Below are positions 10,201 through 24,307 of a stretch of DNA of 64,000 bases, in pieces. How positions within the stretch are numbered: position 1 is the first letter of the stretch; each line of letters opens with the position of its first letter. The notes beneath the pieces are model-generated. The model worked only from the letters and a program-made list of their open reading frames with translations, was not told the DNA's origin and made no database searches. This DNA is from Takakia lepidozioides. Its lineage: Eukaryota > Plantae > Bryophyta. The stretch is taken from the NCBI GenBank assembly GCA_030704615.1, contig CM060732.1, positions 49,228,001 to 49,292,000 on the forward strand, read 5' to 3'. The position numbers were made by a program, and so were the translations under genes.

Positions 10201-13200
10201 CAAGCTCAGGATGCAGAACGGTGATGGCAGCAATCTTGGACCGGTCAATGAAAAAGCAGTGCACCACTGAGTCCGCCATAATGTTGCACAATAGACGCTT
10301 TCCAGTCAAGGTTTCATACAATCCGAGCGTGCTACCATATGAAAATGTAGGATGCAGCAAATGTTTGCCGATTGACAACTTGTTGCTCCACTGCAAACAC
10401 AAAACCATTTTTGAAAAAGTTAATATTGGATCTGTCACTGGTGCACTACACCTTCACCCTGTTTAACAATGTGGGTACGGTAGATGCTGAGGCTTCATTC
10501 TCCCAGGCCTAAACAGTAGGGGACTAACTGCAAGCACAATTGCATCCTTAAACAAATTTCAGTTCTCTTTATCTTGAATTGCATTCACAGCACAGACACC
10601 TTGGACAAGGAGGAAAATTGCAGCAAGAGTGTGAGCTCAGTGGATGGTTAGAGCTGTTTGACAACAGTTTGTAGAAGCTACTGTGGCAAGGAAGTCGCAA
10701 AAGAACACAAATCTTCTAACACAAGACCGGACTGTTTTTGATGCAGTCCAACATACCATTACAAAGGTGAAACCCAGCCCACATTCAACATAGCTCTAGT
10801 GCATCATTAAAAGAGATGCTCTTATCAGACTACGGCTGTAGCCTGTGGACCAAAAGCATGCCCCCATTATTGATGCACACAATGAATCGGAAGGGGAGGG
10901 CGGATAACCAATGAGGAGAGGGGCCACTGTCATCCCAAAAGTTTGGTGTATTAGTGGAACACCCTTGTGGTTTGGGTAAGAAATACCTTAACAACCCCGT
11001 TCGCAATGAGCCAGACCCCAACAGGTTTAGAGTCCTCCTTATACAAGATACTGCCCCGCAATTTCATGGATTCCTTGGCTGCATTTGCTAGAGATCTTTG
11101 AATAGCGGCAGGCATTGCGCCTATCAGGGGCTGATTAGTCAGGGTCTCCTCTCCTGTGGGCATTTTCACCAACGGCGGATTCCGCAAAAGCTTTTTCAAG
11201 TCTACCTGGCCATCGCAAGTTTCACCATAGTACATCAGACATTACATGATTGAAAATCCATGTCTAAGATTACCTTAAACAGACACCTACCAGTGGCAAC
11301 ATAGTGATTGTTCCTTGAGGGGGCAAGATCTGAGAGACATAAGGGGATCGGACCTGAACAGCATCGTGGAGATAGAGAGTCTCCCTGGACTCCAGGAGCC
11401 CTGCCTGCTCCAGGCCCTTCACATACTCACTCAACCGTAGAAGAATCGCATAAGTGACTTGCTTTGTCTTCACCACCCGCAAAACCTACACTCAAACATG
11501 TCTGCCCCTTTGTCAGCGTGTCGATTGTGTCAGAGGACCGGAAAATCATCGAAGGATACAAAAACCCAGAATACCTGGGGAAAGGAGAGGCGAATATCCT
11601 CAAGGAATTGGCGGGCCTCCTCTTCTTGATCTTCACTTTCTTTTATTACAGCCTCTGCAATCTCGCTCTCTCCTGTCCATCCCATCCAGGTGTTTGTCAA
11701 CTCAACGCCGGACACGTTAAGGATTTCAATAAGAGGAATGATGCATCCTGGCTGCTTTTGATTGCCAAACGTGTATTAGCTCCTTTGAACCTTTTGTCGC
11801 TGGCTGGTCCAGGGAATTGGACATCCCAGGCTTGATGTGGCAAATTCTGGGCTTCCACATCCATCTCATCCCTTAACGGATGTATGATGCTGGTATCTAT
11901 GGCTTCTGCCTTCTTCCCTTTCGAGAAGATTGCCTTTTATATAAAAGAGTTTGCGACCGGTCTCCCCTGGTATGTCTGCATCCCGACTGCTTCTCAGATC
12001 TCTCACCTGAAAAGGTCAGTATTTCTATTGCCAAGATTGATCAAGGTTTAAAGATTCACCTTGCAGGTTCACCTTTTTCCTGGCCCCAAACATCAAGAGG
12101 AGATGGAGACCCGGACAGGCACAGAGAGAATGTACTCATGCCATTCCCTGCGAAAGTTGTCTTGCCATAGCCTGACAGCCATTGATCCCGTGGGAAACTA
12201 ACCCTACTTGAGCCTTTCGTGGAGTTCACACCCACCAGGGAGAGGGAATAGGCACTACCTTTGTGAGGGGCTCACTCCAGTAGTGTGACGTACCTTGATA
12301 TAAACAATTAGTTCGGACACAGAGAGAGAGCAAATCTGTTAGTTTCTAGAGAAATATTTCGTAGTTTTGTTGAGCTATAGCTTGGAACAAACCTCCTTTC
12401 AAGAGCTTATTATCATGTCCAACTCATTATTTTTCTGCCTGTGGCAGTTACCCACCAATGAAATCACGGAGTTGATGGCGAGCAATCCTGTGAGACCGGA
12501 GAAATGCTGCAGAGATGTAGCATGCCAGCTCTAACCGCTCGACTATAAGGAAGGTCAAAAACCTTTGTGGCAGAACGGAAGAACCACGCCACTGTAGGAA
12601 CTTCAGATATTGTGGAAAATGTACATGTGGCTGTAATCCTTTCCAATCCAGTACTGCCTCATGCCCAGCGACCTGCCCAGAGTAGCAACCCATTGATTGA
12701 GCTTATCTGCTAGAGCAAAATACTGTGGAGAGATGCCATCACAGCACAGCTTTTACCGGAAAATGTATCATGTTAGAGCAAATACTCCATTATAGACCAA
12801 CTCCGTGCTCTTGCGATGAGCTCTGTGACAACTTTGTAAGAAAGGTACTTGACTTTTGCAGACAATCACAATAACAATGCTCCCTGAGACAGATTGGTAC
12901 TTGGATGTGCAATGCTCATTCCCCACCTTATCCAAAGCCTGGTCCACTGATTGCATGAGAAGAAGGGCAGCAGTCTGAGTGATCCGACCTTCTTCCAGCA
13001 TACTCCAATAAGCCGCCTGAACCCCTGCAGACTCCATCACCCAACTAATCACTTGGCATAAGAGTATAGAATGCAAAGAGACAGTTTATACATCCAGAGT
13101 GTGCATCGACCTACACCACATCAGACAACATATCTTGGAATATTCACTTTCTAACAAATGTAGATAGCAACTAAAACTTGCCATGCAGCTGAGTGAAGGT

Positions 13201-16200
13201 TGGGGAAACTTTGAAACATCCAATCAAAGCATCCATTTCAAACAGTGTTCGACAGGAATGAAGTCCCAAGCTGCATTTTGCGCAATGACATTTTGTCAAC
13301 GGTGTGTCCCCACAAAGTGAAACAAGCAGCTGCCCCCACTCCATCTCACATCCTAGGTGCAGAGTTTGCATGCGTGCCAAACCGAGGCCCTCTTCCGGCT
13401 TACAATCTTTCTTAATAGGTCACAAGCCCTTCCACCCAAGGGGCTCATGGCAAGAGCCCTCGCAACATCTATTATGCTCAAAACTGCAGGTTTCATTTTT
13501 TTTTTTGCTCTGGTTTCGTTTCCTCTCTCATGTTTTCTTCCATTTTGTCCCATAAGCTCTTTGAGCTTTCCACGGACATTATAACGCACCATTTCATTTC
13601 ATTTCATTTCTCTCTCTCTAGTTCTACTTTGTGCAGCCCCACTTGCAATGCTATACATGTCTTCCCCCCAACCCCCATGAAGTGGAATAACAAATGCAGA
13701 AAGATATGAAATGACGTCCACAGAAGCCACAGGCCTCTCAGGACTGCAACAATAGAGTTTCCCTGCAATCTTTGACACTTGTACTGTAGCTCTTTCAAGC
13801 CAATGTTCAAAATGAAGAAAAGAATGGTAAGATGAGCAATGAGCAAACCCCACCATCAAGAATGTAAAATTCTTTCTGGACCGTTAGTAAATGAAATGGT
13901 ACTTTATAAGAAGAGAAGTGCAAAGGTCTGGAAATTAGGGGAAAAGGAGATTGGCTTGGAGAGTGATACAGGGACTGAGCATATTCATGCCAAATGTGGA
14001 TGTCTGTGATGGGGATCTGGGTTTTGTGAGGTTTAAGAAGGGACCAAAAGGCACTGGGATAGAACTTGATCTTTGCAATGAAGGTTGACTGAAGTTTGAT
14101 AGGGTAGGCGTTTCTTAGATCCGACGAGAGACTTATAGTACTTGAGGGCTAGGTGTGTAAATTCTGGAGAAAATTGGGTATCAAGGAATAGTGATTTGAC
14201 TTGTTGTGGGGGTCCAGAGATCCCTAGTGGCATATAGGCTCTCAAACTCCCAAAATCTCTCAACATCAAAGACTAGGTTTTGCTTTTCCAGCCCCAAGTT
14301 TTTCCTTGTTCTTGTTTGCTAAGCTTTTTGGGCTCGTCAAAAAGTTCTGTTTTGTCTCTCTTCTTCTTTCCTCCTCTCTTTGGTGATCCAGGACTTACCA
14401 TTCATGAGACGAAAGCGAGTGTCTTGCAACTGCAGTTCTCGCAACTCCTCCTCCGAAACAGCAGGAAGGCTACTGCAACTCTCATGTGGATGGGTTGGCC
14501 GGTCATCCCCACGGGACCGTCTCATGCAGCTCACATACTTTTTCACTGTGGTCCACTCGGCAGGCCCTAACTCCTCGTCTTCTCCTAGCTCTCCGAATGC
14601 CTCCAATGCTTTACTGTACATCTCATACTTCGCATACTCCAATATACGAGACTGCAGCCCCTAGTGTGCATTCAGGATGTAAAACAGGAAGAAGGGGAAA
14701 AAACCGTCCACAGGAGACCCCTGGGACCGATGGGACCAAAAGAAGTTCCAAATACAACTTCCAAAACCACAGAGAAATGAAATGAAATGATACTTTATAA
14801 GTACCATAGAGAGAAATAAAGACGTAACAAAACAACTTTATAACTTTATCAGGAAGCCAGGAAAAATTGGAGTCACGAGAACACACAGAAAACAAATGAA
14901 ATGAAATGGTAACTTATAACATCTGCGGAAAGCTCAAAGAGCTTATGGGACAAAATGGAAAGAACTTGAGAGAGGAAACAAAACCAGAGCCAAAAAAACA
15001 GCTAGAACAAAGGCTTAAATCACTGCTACAAGAGGGGTGCCTAATGAAGTGAAGTAAAGAAGCATTTTTTATCTTTTATCTTAAGGAATTGACCGCAACT
15101 CGTACAAAGATCTGACGTACTCAGGGAGAGACACAATTATATGTGAAATGCTAAGCCATGGCATCGTAGCCTTCAGGCCAGCAAACAACCTCCTTGGTGA
15201 GGAGGTGCGCTGTCTTTCTCCCAGCCTATGATCTCTCATTGAAGCAATCTGACCTGCTCTTGTCTGTTCTTGGCCCTGGCCCTGTTGGGTCTAACTGCTG
15301 GACAGATGAGACACAGCAGATAGATGCTTGCATGAAGGGCTTTCTAGAAGTAATCTGGAAAGCCCGAATATGTCTATATCCAGGTAAGTCCCATTACTGG
15401 AGTGAGCCCTCACAAAGGTAGTGTCTGTTTCCTGGGTCTATGGCTACAGCAAACAACATCTCATGAGTACATTCTGGCCTGTTCCCGGGACACCACCTAG
15501 AGTAAATGCTGATTATTTGTATGGCTTGTGGTAAGCACAGTGTGAAATAATGCAACATTAATTGGGGCCAGATAAGGCTACATGGCAACTTGAGTATGTG
15601 TAGAGGAAGAGCCTCTTGACCAAATATACACTCAATGTCAACGTACCTTAGTTTCTGAAGTTTGGTCCATCTTCAGAAAGTGCAGAAGAAACTGGGTGGT
15701 GGAGCCATTAATGATAAGTGTCAAAAAGACTACGCCCCCTGTGAAAAACACAAACTGATGCATTTGGTCCAAGCAACAGCTTTAGAAGGAAAATCTTAGA
15801 GCCTCCCCCAATAATTACCACATTCTGAAACTTGGTACCTATTACAACTTGTTGTTTAGTCAAGTCTGTCCAACAGCACCCAGTAAACCATGTGGTACAT
15901 GGATCCCCATGAACAAATATGCAAAGGTGGTGATTCTTGGTCAAACCATTTTGGGACAGGAGAAGGACATGGACAACCACAAAGTCCACTTCTAATTATA
16001 TACCCACACCAGTCCAACCGCAATATTCGACCTTACGTCACCTTCAAAGTCTCGGTGTATCATAAATAAGGCTGTGAACAGGAAAGGTTACATAGTTCCG
16101 TTCACCTTTATTTAACAATGCAATTACCTTAAGCCTGTAATGTTCCCCAAAATTGAGATCTTTAAATTTGTATGGTAACAAATATCTAAATAATGGAAAG

Positions 16201-19200
16201 AACCCCTCATAAAATTGTATTCTGAAGGTAGTGGGCACCGAAGAATGATACACCTTCTTACAAGAAATGAGACAACAGAGTGACCACAAGCGAGATTTGG
16301 ATGTACCCGGGCTTCAGTGAGCTTTGAGATGTGAGTGTATTCGAGGGAATCTTTCACCCCAACTTGCTGCCAATGTCCCCATAATAATCAGCTTTCTAGA
16401 ACCTTTCTCAACAAATTAAACACAAAAGCTGATTATTCAGGACTCAATATGTATGAAGGCTATGAAGCCACAATCAAACACTATGGAGTGTTACACAAAT
16501 CACAACCACTGTCAAAATGTGGTCACGAAGTCCATAGACTACTTACAGCAACAGATAAGGAAAGAGAGAGAGCAACAGCTCCTCGCAGGCCAGCCCATAT
16601 CAGCATAGCAGCCTCTTTCCATGTGAGGCCATAGCCAAAGAACCGCAAACCTTGATAGAGAACTCCCACCACCACAGCCCTGGAAAGCTGTACAAACACA
16701 TAGAGCAATACCAAAAATGCCCAGTCCCGTCCTGCAAAATATTCCATATCCAAGGCTTATTAAAGCATCACTAATCCAGAAATAACACTACCAAGCCAGT
16801 GCCCACCACTACCTTCTGCAGGGGCTTGCTTGGATGACAGGTAGGACCAAGAGGAAGGGAAAAAAGTCAGCGGGGAAGAAGAAGTGAAATGATACTTTAT
16901 AACGTCCACGGAAAGCTCAAAGAACTTATGGAACAAGAGAGAGGAGCCCAAAAAACAACAATTGCTCAAGGGTCTGTCTAAGAGTCAACCCCTCATGCAG
17001 ATATGCAGCTAAGCATTTCTAATTCTCGTAATGGAAGATGTCTGTGAGAGATTTGGTATCTCGGAACAGACAATAGAATCTCATAGAATAAAGACAATTA
17101 TTTCCGCAGAGAAATGAAATGAAATGAAATGGTGCTTTATAACGTCCGCGGAAAGCTCGTAGAGCTTATGGGACAAAATGGAAGAAAACATGAGAGAGGA
17201 ACAAATCCAGAAACCACAATTAATGTTCTAGCGATTGTCTAAGGGTGAAGGCCTCTTGTAGGTAGGCTGCCACGCATTTTTGATCCTCATAGTGAAAGAC
17301 ATCAGTGAGAGTTTGGGTTCCACTGAATAAACAGTGAAATCTCCCACGAAGAGAAAAAGGAAGGAAATGAAATGAAATGAAATGCTTTATAAGAAGGAAG
17401 GAGGAAGGAAGGAAGAAGGGGAAGGGAGATTGAGCAAAGAGGAAAATGAATGAGGGCAGTGATACCTAGACAAACCGAAGACCATATATCAACTTGAGAG
17501 CCGGTAAACTCTGAAAAGAAAACCAAGATTGACCCCATATGGTCCGCGAAGATAGGATCCCTACTGCGGAAAGAGGAGAGGGGGGTTGAACTCATGCCCT
17601 CGATTACTTCAATATTTTGGTTGACTTGGTTATAACGGGGAAAACTATGCTGGCACCCATCTCTGAAATGGTGGCCATGAGGTTTGACCTTTGTAGCCAG
17701 CCTTGCCAGGATTCCTGAGTGACACGGTTTCATTTGGGAACACGGTTGTGTGTTTCTTAGAATTAGAATCAAGTAAGGAGTCCAGCCTGCGTTCTCCCTA
17801 AAAAGTGGGGCAAGAGGGTACCTTGAATTTTATCATGACTTCTCAGGATGCTCTCTGCAATGACCACCCCACTGCACAAAACAAAGAGCTCTGTTCAGAC
17901 TCACACCCACCTACGGTTAATGGGAGGATAAATCAAACAGCTCGCGACTATATAAAGGCACACGCTCCGTATGCACAAATACTGCATTACGGAGCTGCAC
18001 TACCATTGTTACAATTAGAAAGTGGTTCCAAACCTGAGAATAAATATGAGGGTGTTTGCAATGTACGAAATCATTTCCCTGTTCCAAAACATCCACACCC
18101 CACATGAATACAAGTTAGAGGCAAATTTGAAAGAGAATTATAATTTGATACAATCATGATGGCCCCAGCGAGGAGGGACTTGACACTACCCTACAACAAA
18201 GAAAGCTTAACGAGTGAACTCAACCATCACTTGACAGAAGGGAAGAAGTAATCTGGAGCCGGAATATTACCAGAAATGATGCATACTTTCTTGACTCTCA
18301 CCAGTGAAAGCAGTCCTTGCAAATGCCGCAAAGAATCTGCACATGTATTTTTAGCAATCTAATTTGTGAGCTAGACTATCAGCAGTGGCCAAGGCCTGAG
18401 CAAATCACAAGACCCTGCACCTTCACCAGTTCCAATTCATCAACCACCGTAAAGCACAATCAATACTCTCAAACATTCAAATGACTTGTTATTGACAATA
18501 TCACAGCAAGAGAGAAATCCAAGCACAAACTGCTCCGATGTGATATAAAACTTTGGGAAAAGTGGGTGGTGGTAGAATTTGTAACAGCTCGTTCAGTGCA
18601 GAGAAAACTACAGCACAGAAGTATTACATGCCCACTGTCATAACTGTCAGCACCCCAGAAACCTCAGCTTCGTCTTCAGCCTGCACAGTCATCCAAGATA
18701 TGGGGCCACAGATCAGTCCAAGAAAATCACTTTACAAGGGAACAACCTGCATAACGGCTGTGATCACGTTGATTTTGAGCCTTAGATGGTTGTAACGAAG
18801 CTTTTGTACATATAAAACTCCCCTGGCCATTGCCCCAGGGAATCTCCAGAACCCATTTTGTGCAGAATTTCTGTCACAGTTCTAAAACTTGCACTGACTG
18901 TACCAAAAGATTGCTGTTTCCATAATTATCTATTATGTGCGCCATGTCCAGTACTTGGAATAGCGAACAGAATTCTCACTCAAACTTCAGTAAAAGCCTT
19001 TAAGCTCAACAAGAAGCCATTACTGATGTAATCTACGACATCTCTGCTGAATCACAATCTGTACAAGCTAAGGTACAGAAGTGCGTACATACCACAAAAA
19101 AGGCCATGTAGCTGGCTGTCAAGGTGAGTGTGATCTCAATGATTGTGTCATTAAATACCAGCCCCAACCAAAACACACAGATGATTCCAAAGAACAAACC

Positions 19201-22200
19201 CAATCCCACTCTGCAAACGATACAAATAACCAAAATTAGATTGGATGGATACTCCTCATGGATCACTGACCAGACACAATGACAAAACTTTGCACCTTGT
19301 AATGATCTCTTCCGTATGCATGCTCACTTCTATCTCTGCACCAGTCAGCAGGTGCTTTCACATCCTTCACCCATGCAGACAATAAATAAAAGTGAATCAG
19401 GTGCGATTGGGCATAGAACACATACGCCCCCAAAGCAACACGGCACAGAAACTGTATGACTTGTGCACCATTGAAATTCTGGCCGAGCACCATATTCAGG
19501 AATAGACGAAAAACCACAATTGCAGTTCTGCACAATGCAGACCCCAAACCACAAGTCAATATACACAGCAGATTTGCTGCACTAGAAGAAACATTAAAAT
19601 GTGGATTTTGTACTTCCCAAGCATTTTAATGGTCATATTCTACCAAGATGTGGCTGATTGTGCATCCTGCCTTCTATTTTTTCAATGGAAGTGGTATTTG
19701 TCATCTGTCCTCTAAGGGAATGCCAATCTTTCTTCCAGCATTGCTTTATAGGCCACAATGACACCTGACCATCACACAACAACTTCATGCAGAGAAAGCC
19801 CATGGTTAAGAACATTGAAACTACATGCACACACAAAATCCATGGTACTTAAGAGGATATGTCACACACCCATCATTCATCAATGACTCCCCCTCAATAA
19901 GAGTGCTCAGTTTCTTGCTGGCGCCCAGCTCTTTCAACAATGCCACCACCGCCACAGGATCTGTGGCGCTGAGAAGGCCCCCAAGTAGTAGCGATGTGCT
20001 CCAATTCCATCCATATGGGAATACAATCTGAGCACCAGCCAAAAATGCCCAACACAGAAAGTTGCTCAGAAACCATGAAAAACAGCCACATTACAAAAAA
20101 AACATACATTGGGACAGGAAGACCCCCAGACAGTGAGTAAGAATCATAACAGAATTTCAGCACCAAATGTGACCAAAACAAAATTTCTACAAGAGAGATA
20201 GCTGATTGGAAGTGGTGGACGTGACAAAGAAAGAAACAAATGAAAGGACACGAAATGGTACGTTATAACGTCCGCAGAAAGCTCAAAGAAACAAAGAAAC
20301 TTTCCAACAAAGGAGCCCATGAGAGAGAGAGCTCCTCAGTATCTCCTGCACAGTAGAGTTACTAAGTTTTTCAGTCCTCTGTCTTGTCTGAGTATCATAC
20401 TGCACATTATTGTGCATTACAAATTATTTTATTCCAATATATTTATTTGGCCACACTTTTTCTTTCATAGACAGTCTTCTTCAGAATGAACTCATGGGAC
20501 CAGCAGAAGGAGGTGAGGATCTGCCTTTCACCCTGTAAAAACATCGGTTTAATGGCCGGCAATACAGCAATAGCCAAACTCACATGATTAACGGTGCCAA
20601 GAAAAAATGTTGATATCACTACACCGGGTCCAGCAAGCAGCACCATCTGCATGAGGCATCTCTGTAGCATACCCAACCACAATACAGGAGAGCAGTTTGA
20701 TGCTGTAGCCATCCCAAGAATGCACATACATCAACAAAGCCTGTATAGGACTCACCCAAACAGGAACTTTGCTGGAGTGGGTGAGAGGTACAGATTACAT
20801 TTCAGACAAAAGCCAAAGGTCAAGCCTTGGGGTTGAACACGACATTGTCATGTTACACTGATTACTTAATAATTACAGGATGACAAAAGAGATGGAACAC
20901 CTTCCCAAACCTAAACATTGATAGCTGACAATGCAAGACTTTCTGGAACCAGAGAACAGTTCTAGCAGAATTATGTTTTCTAATGGATCTGCTCCTAATT
21001 ACTCATTTACTACAGCATGCCACAAAGAGATGGAGCACTTTTCCAAATATCAAGATGTTAGATATGGGTCCCTTGTCAGTGCTGACGAGAACCTCTGCGG
21101 AGATGGGATACAGGTGACCTCCCCTTGTTTTCCCAGGGAAAAGAAGAAGAAATTTTTGAAGGGAGAGTTCCAGGGTATTTCCCATCTCTCAGAAACAAGA
21201 AAACAGAAAGGACAATGCTTTGTACCTTTATCTGGTGGACCTCCATAGCAAAGGAGCTCTCAAAGAGAAGAGCTGGCAAGAATATGAAAAGAATAAGATT
21301 TGGGTTTATTTTGGCCCCTGAAACATTGCACGCACAAGTTTTGTCACCACCACACAACTTTCTAGACCTTCCAAAACTCCCAATCACAATTAAATACAAA
21401 TTTCAAATTCAGGATAGACGATGTGACCAACAAGACTGCTACAGGATTGTTGCCCTCATCTAATGATCCAAGCTTCTGTAGCATAGACCTCTATTAATGA
21501 AAAAGTGTTGAGAAATACTAGCACCCTGTATTTTCCATCAAAATTGCAAGCTTTTCACACCCTGACCAAAAGGCTCCTTCTGCCTGAAGTATGTTCATGG
21601 TGCCTGATCGTCATCACAAATGCTATGAGAGGGGGAATAAAGAGAGAGATGTGCGTAACAGGCTTCGCAATCGCCACCTACAACGAGACATGGACACAAA
21701 GACAGAGAGGGGACCCGAAGGGAAGCTTACACATGTGAATGCTAACACCCAGCAAACCCAGGCCATGCTTGGTTCCATACTCTGCAAAAGGAGGCCACCA
21801 CCAGTCCAGCTCATGCAATCAGACCACACATTCCCTTAAACTTAGAGGAAGCAAGCACGGAAATTAATGTGACCAACCTGTCTGCTCCAAGAAGCATATG
21901 TCAAGAGCAAGCCTGGGTGCCAAGACCATTTGGACACAAATTGGGGCCAAATTTGCAACTGCATCCTCTTTTATATCTCAACACTTTCTCTCAACACTTT
22001 CATTTTGTACCATAAGCTGTATGAGCTTTCTGCGGATGTGATAAAGCACCATTTCATTTCTCTCAATTTTTTAAAATCCGTATCATGATTATAGATGAAT
22101 TTGTAATGTATATATGCATTGGGACATCTGCAAACAGTGATAAGATGCACCGATTAAATGATCCTTCATAAACAGCGGCATCTATCATCCCCTTACTTCT

Positions 22201-22477
22201 CCCTGTCTACGTTGATGGACAACCCAGTAGATGGAGTATCAGGACCAGTACCCAAGGCGCCCAGGCCAACGCCCAGCAGCAGGAGAGCGACCGTGTATGG
22301 CACCCTGGTGTTCTTGAAAAGCTGGCGTGAAACGACCCCCAAAAACAGCGACACTCCCACAAACAGGATGGCCACCTCTGGCCCCGTCCCTCCTTCTGTG
22401 CTTGGAGACACGGGGCCCTCCGCACTCTGAGATGGCACTGGTTCGGCCACCGCCATGCCTGCAACCAGCGCTTCCAT
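7276..22477 (-). CDS. SOS1: Plasma-membrane Na+/H+ antiporter SOS1 (NHX7), 24 coding exons, about 1180 aa
   Basis: GT-AG exons in transcript order: 22477-22252, 21781-21731, 21317-21226, 20661-20584, 20027-19870, 19527-19426, 19210-19093, 18680-18628, 18336-18271, 18078-18034, 17871-17822, 16731-16547, 16366-16307, 15754-15647, 14651-14399, 13024-12927, 12672-12456, 11672-11575, 11485-11354, 11205-10987, 10390-10184, 10068-9816, 9254-8932, 7626-7276. Sum 3543 nt, in frame. Motifs: TRVPYTVALL, FLPALLFESSF, LSATDPVAVVALLKELGA, IEGESLMNDG, GLRGAVALSL, cNMP-binding-like domain, C-terminal IVEIDSPS. Confidence 0.97.
7735..8760 (-). mobile_element. 5'-truncated RTEX/RTE-like LINE in the last SOS1 intron
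   Basis: Decayed ORF2 C-terminus (SYGCEFW, LRRFRVGTHNLRIETGRW, ETEEHFFFYCPLYYEIR), 3' UTR and (CATTT)n tail. Confidence 0.8.
13320..13610 (+). mobile_element. Internally deleted copy of the same RTEX-like LINE
   Basis: 13325-13495 matches the reverse complement of 8430-8600 and is joined directly to the family 3' UTR and (CATTT)n tail. Confidence 0.75.
14772..15000 (-). mobile_element. Two adjacent 3'-end fragments of the RTEX-like LINE
   Basis: GAAAT tails at about 14775 and 14895 followed by the family 3' UTR (gagcttatgggacaaaatggaa...aaaccagagcc). Confidence 0.7.
16880..17395 (-). mobile_element. Stack of three 3'-end fragments of the RTEX-like LINE
   Basis: Tails at about 16885, 17112 and 17366; the first two continue into family 3' UTR/ORF-end sequence homologous to 7740-7970. 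Confidence 0.7.
21985..22062 (+). mobile_element. Short 3'-end fragment of the RTEX-like LINE in SOS1 intron 1
   Basis: ccataagct...gagctttctgcggatgtgataaagcaccatttcatttc matches the family 3' end. Confidence 0.6.
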
Positions 22478-23370
22478 GTCTACCACCCTCCTTCCGTCTC
22501 GCCCAGTTTGAGTTGAGAGCGGACTGCCTCAATCAAATTCGAAGTATCCTTTGCATCAAGAAGTCACGTATAATTCGTCAGCAATTCTCGTAGCACCAAT
22601 CACTCTCCCAATTCTGCTGAACAATGTCAGTCCATCTCCTCCTAGCTTGCACAACGAGGTTACTCAATTGCCTAGCCTAAACCCAATTCCCAACCTCTCA
22701 CACTCCAAGCTCGAAATAAAAAAATTCTCCCAGATTCTCAGATAGCGGCAAATGGAAATGCAAATCCAGAGAAACATCGACAAAGAGAGCCACAGCGCCC
22801 ACGTGTAGTGAGTGCCAAGTGCCAGTGTGTTACACCTCACTCCCCTCTCTTTGTAGCAACCATCTGCAACAACCGTGGCGGGCGGCTTTCCCCCCAATCC
22901 CGAGCACATCAGTCATCGCAGGGCCCACCAATTCAGCCCTTCGTCTTCGCAAAGCCAGTGGTCCCGGCGCTGAGCGAGACTGGAACTTGGCGGCACGGTT
23001 CTCCATAACGACTTTTCCTGCGGTTCTCATTCCCCCCTGTGATATTCCAGCTTCATGAAAGGTTCTCAAAAACATTTTTGAGATTGCTGGTATGGGGATG
23101 AGGATGGTTAGCATTTGAAGCTGGGACTTCATACTTCTTGTTCATGACTTGTCAGATGTTTGATGGTTGAGCTGGCTTTGGTAACTTATGGTGCCTATTC
23201 TTCAGTCGTTTGCTCAACTGAAACTTGTCCGGTATGTGATATGAACCTGCAAAATATATGAACCGGTGGATTTTAACTTATGATTAGGTTACACTATAAC
23301 TTGTCTTCATGATGTTTGATTTGCTTTTAGAAGGATTGGATTGCGGAGGGCTTGATATGTATGTATTTAA

Positions 23371-24307
23371 CCCTAACATCGAGCCGACACGAATCGGGTC
23401 GGCCGTCTTTATTATCCCTGGAATATCTCCCAGGGATGAAGTCAGATGAAACTGGCGTCTGAACAAAAAGCGCGGCGGCCAGCGAGCTGTACACCCTCGA
23501 CTTTACGGCGGCCAAAATGGAGATTTGGAGCGAAGTCGGCAATTTTTGCAAAGTGCCCCTAAAGGACGTTGCAGGGCATATGGGCAAGTAGGCCCTTTTC
23601 ACGGCGGGTCTGCGGGCTATCTCCGTGTTCAACGGAGGGTGCACTCATTTTCACTTCCATGGAAGCCTTTCACATTGCGGGGTTTTCGTGCCGTGGCCCG
23701 GAAACTGGCCGGAAAAGGCACGCCGGTCCGGCAAATGATTGCCTGAGATAGAGGCCACCGGAAATTTCACCTAAATGAATATCTGGTTTTTTCCTTTTCC
23801 TGTGAAATTTGGCAGGCTTGTGTGCATTGTTGCCCTGCACCTTTCAACAGCTGGAATTTTCATTCCTTTGTGGAATTTCCCTTCTTCGGGATGATTTCAC
23901 TTTCTAGAGAAATTTACCCCCCTATTTTCACATACAAACCGACCCCCTCCAAAATTTGTTCTTTGGATCTGAAATTTTGTGTGTGTCCTGCATGTGCCCC
24001 CACATTCAAAATGTGGAGGGCATTTCCACAGGAAAAATCCAAAACATTGGGCAAATCCTTAGTCAAAGAAGATTTTTCAAGTTGAAATGTGATGGACTTG
24101 AAAAAACCACAATACAAAATTATTATAATATACCAATTGGAATGGTAAAAAACTATGCAATTTGCAAGTAGGAACATGTAGTAGGTAAGATGAAAGTTGT
24201 AAGGTTCATTTCCCCGGATGTTTGGGGCCAGGGAGATATGCCCTCATCCATGAAGCTATATACGTTTTTGGGGGTGGCCCACCAAAAAACAGCTTGTCGT
24301 TTAAGGG
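23371..24307. mobile_element. Non-autonomous piggyBac-like element
   Basis: TTAA|CCCTAA ... TTAAGGG|TTAA ends, GC-rich subterminal region, no ORF. Confidence 0.55.
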
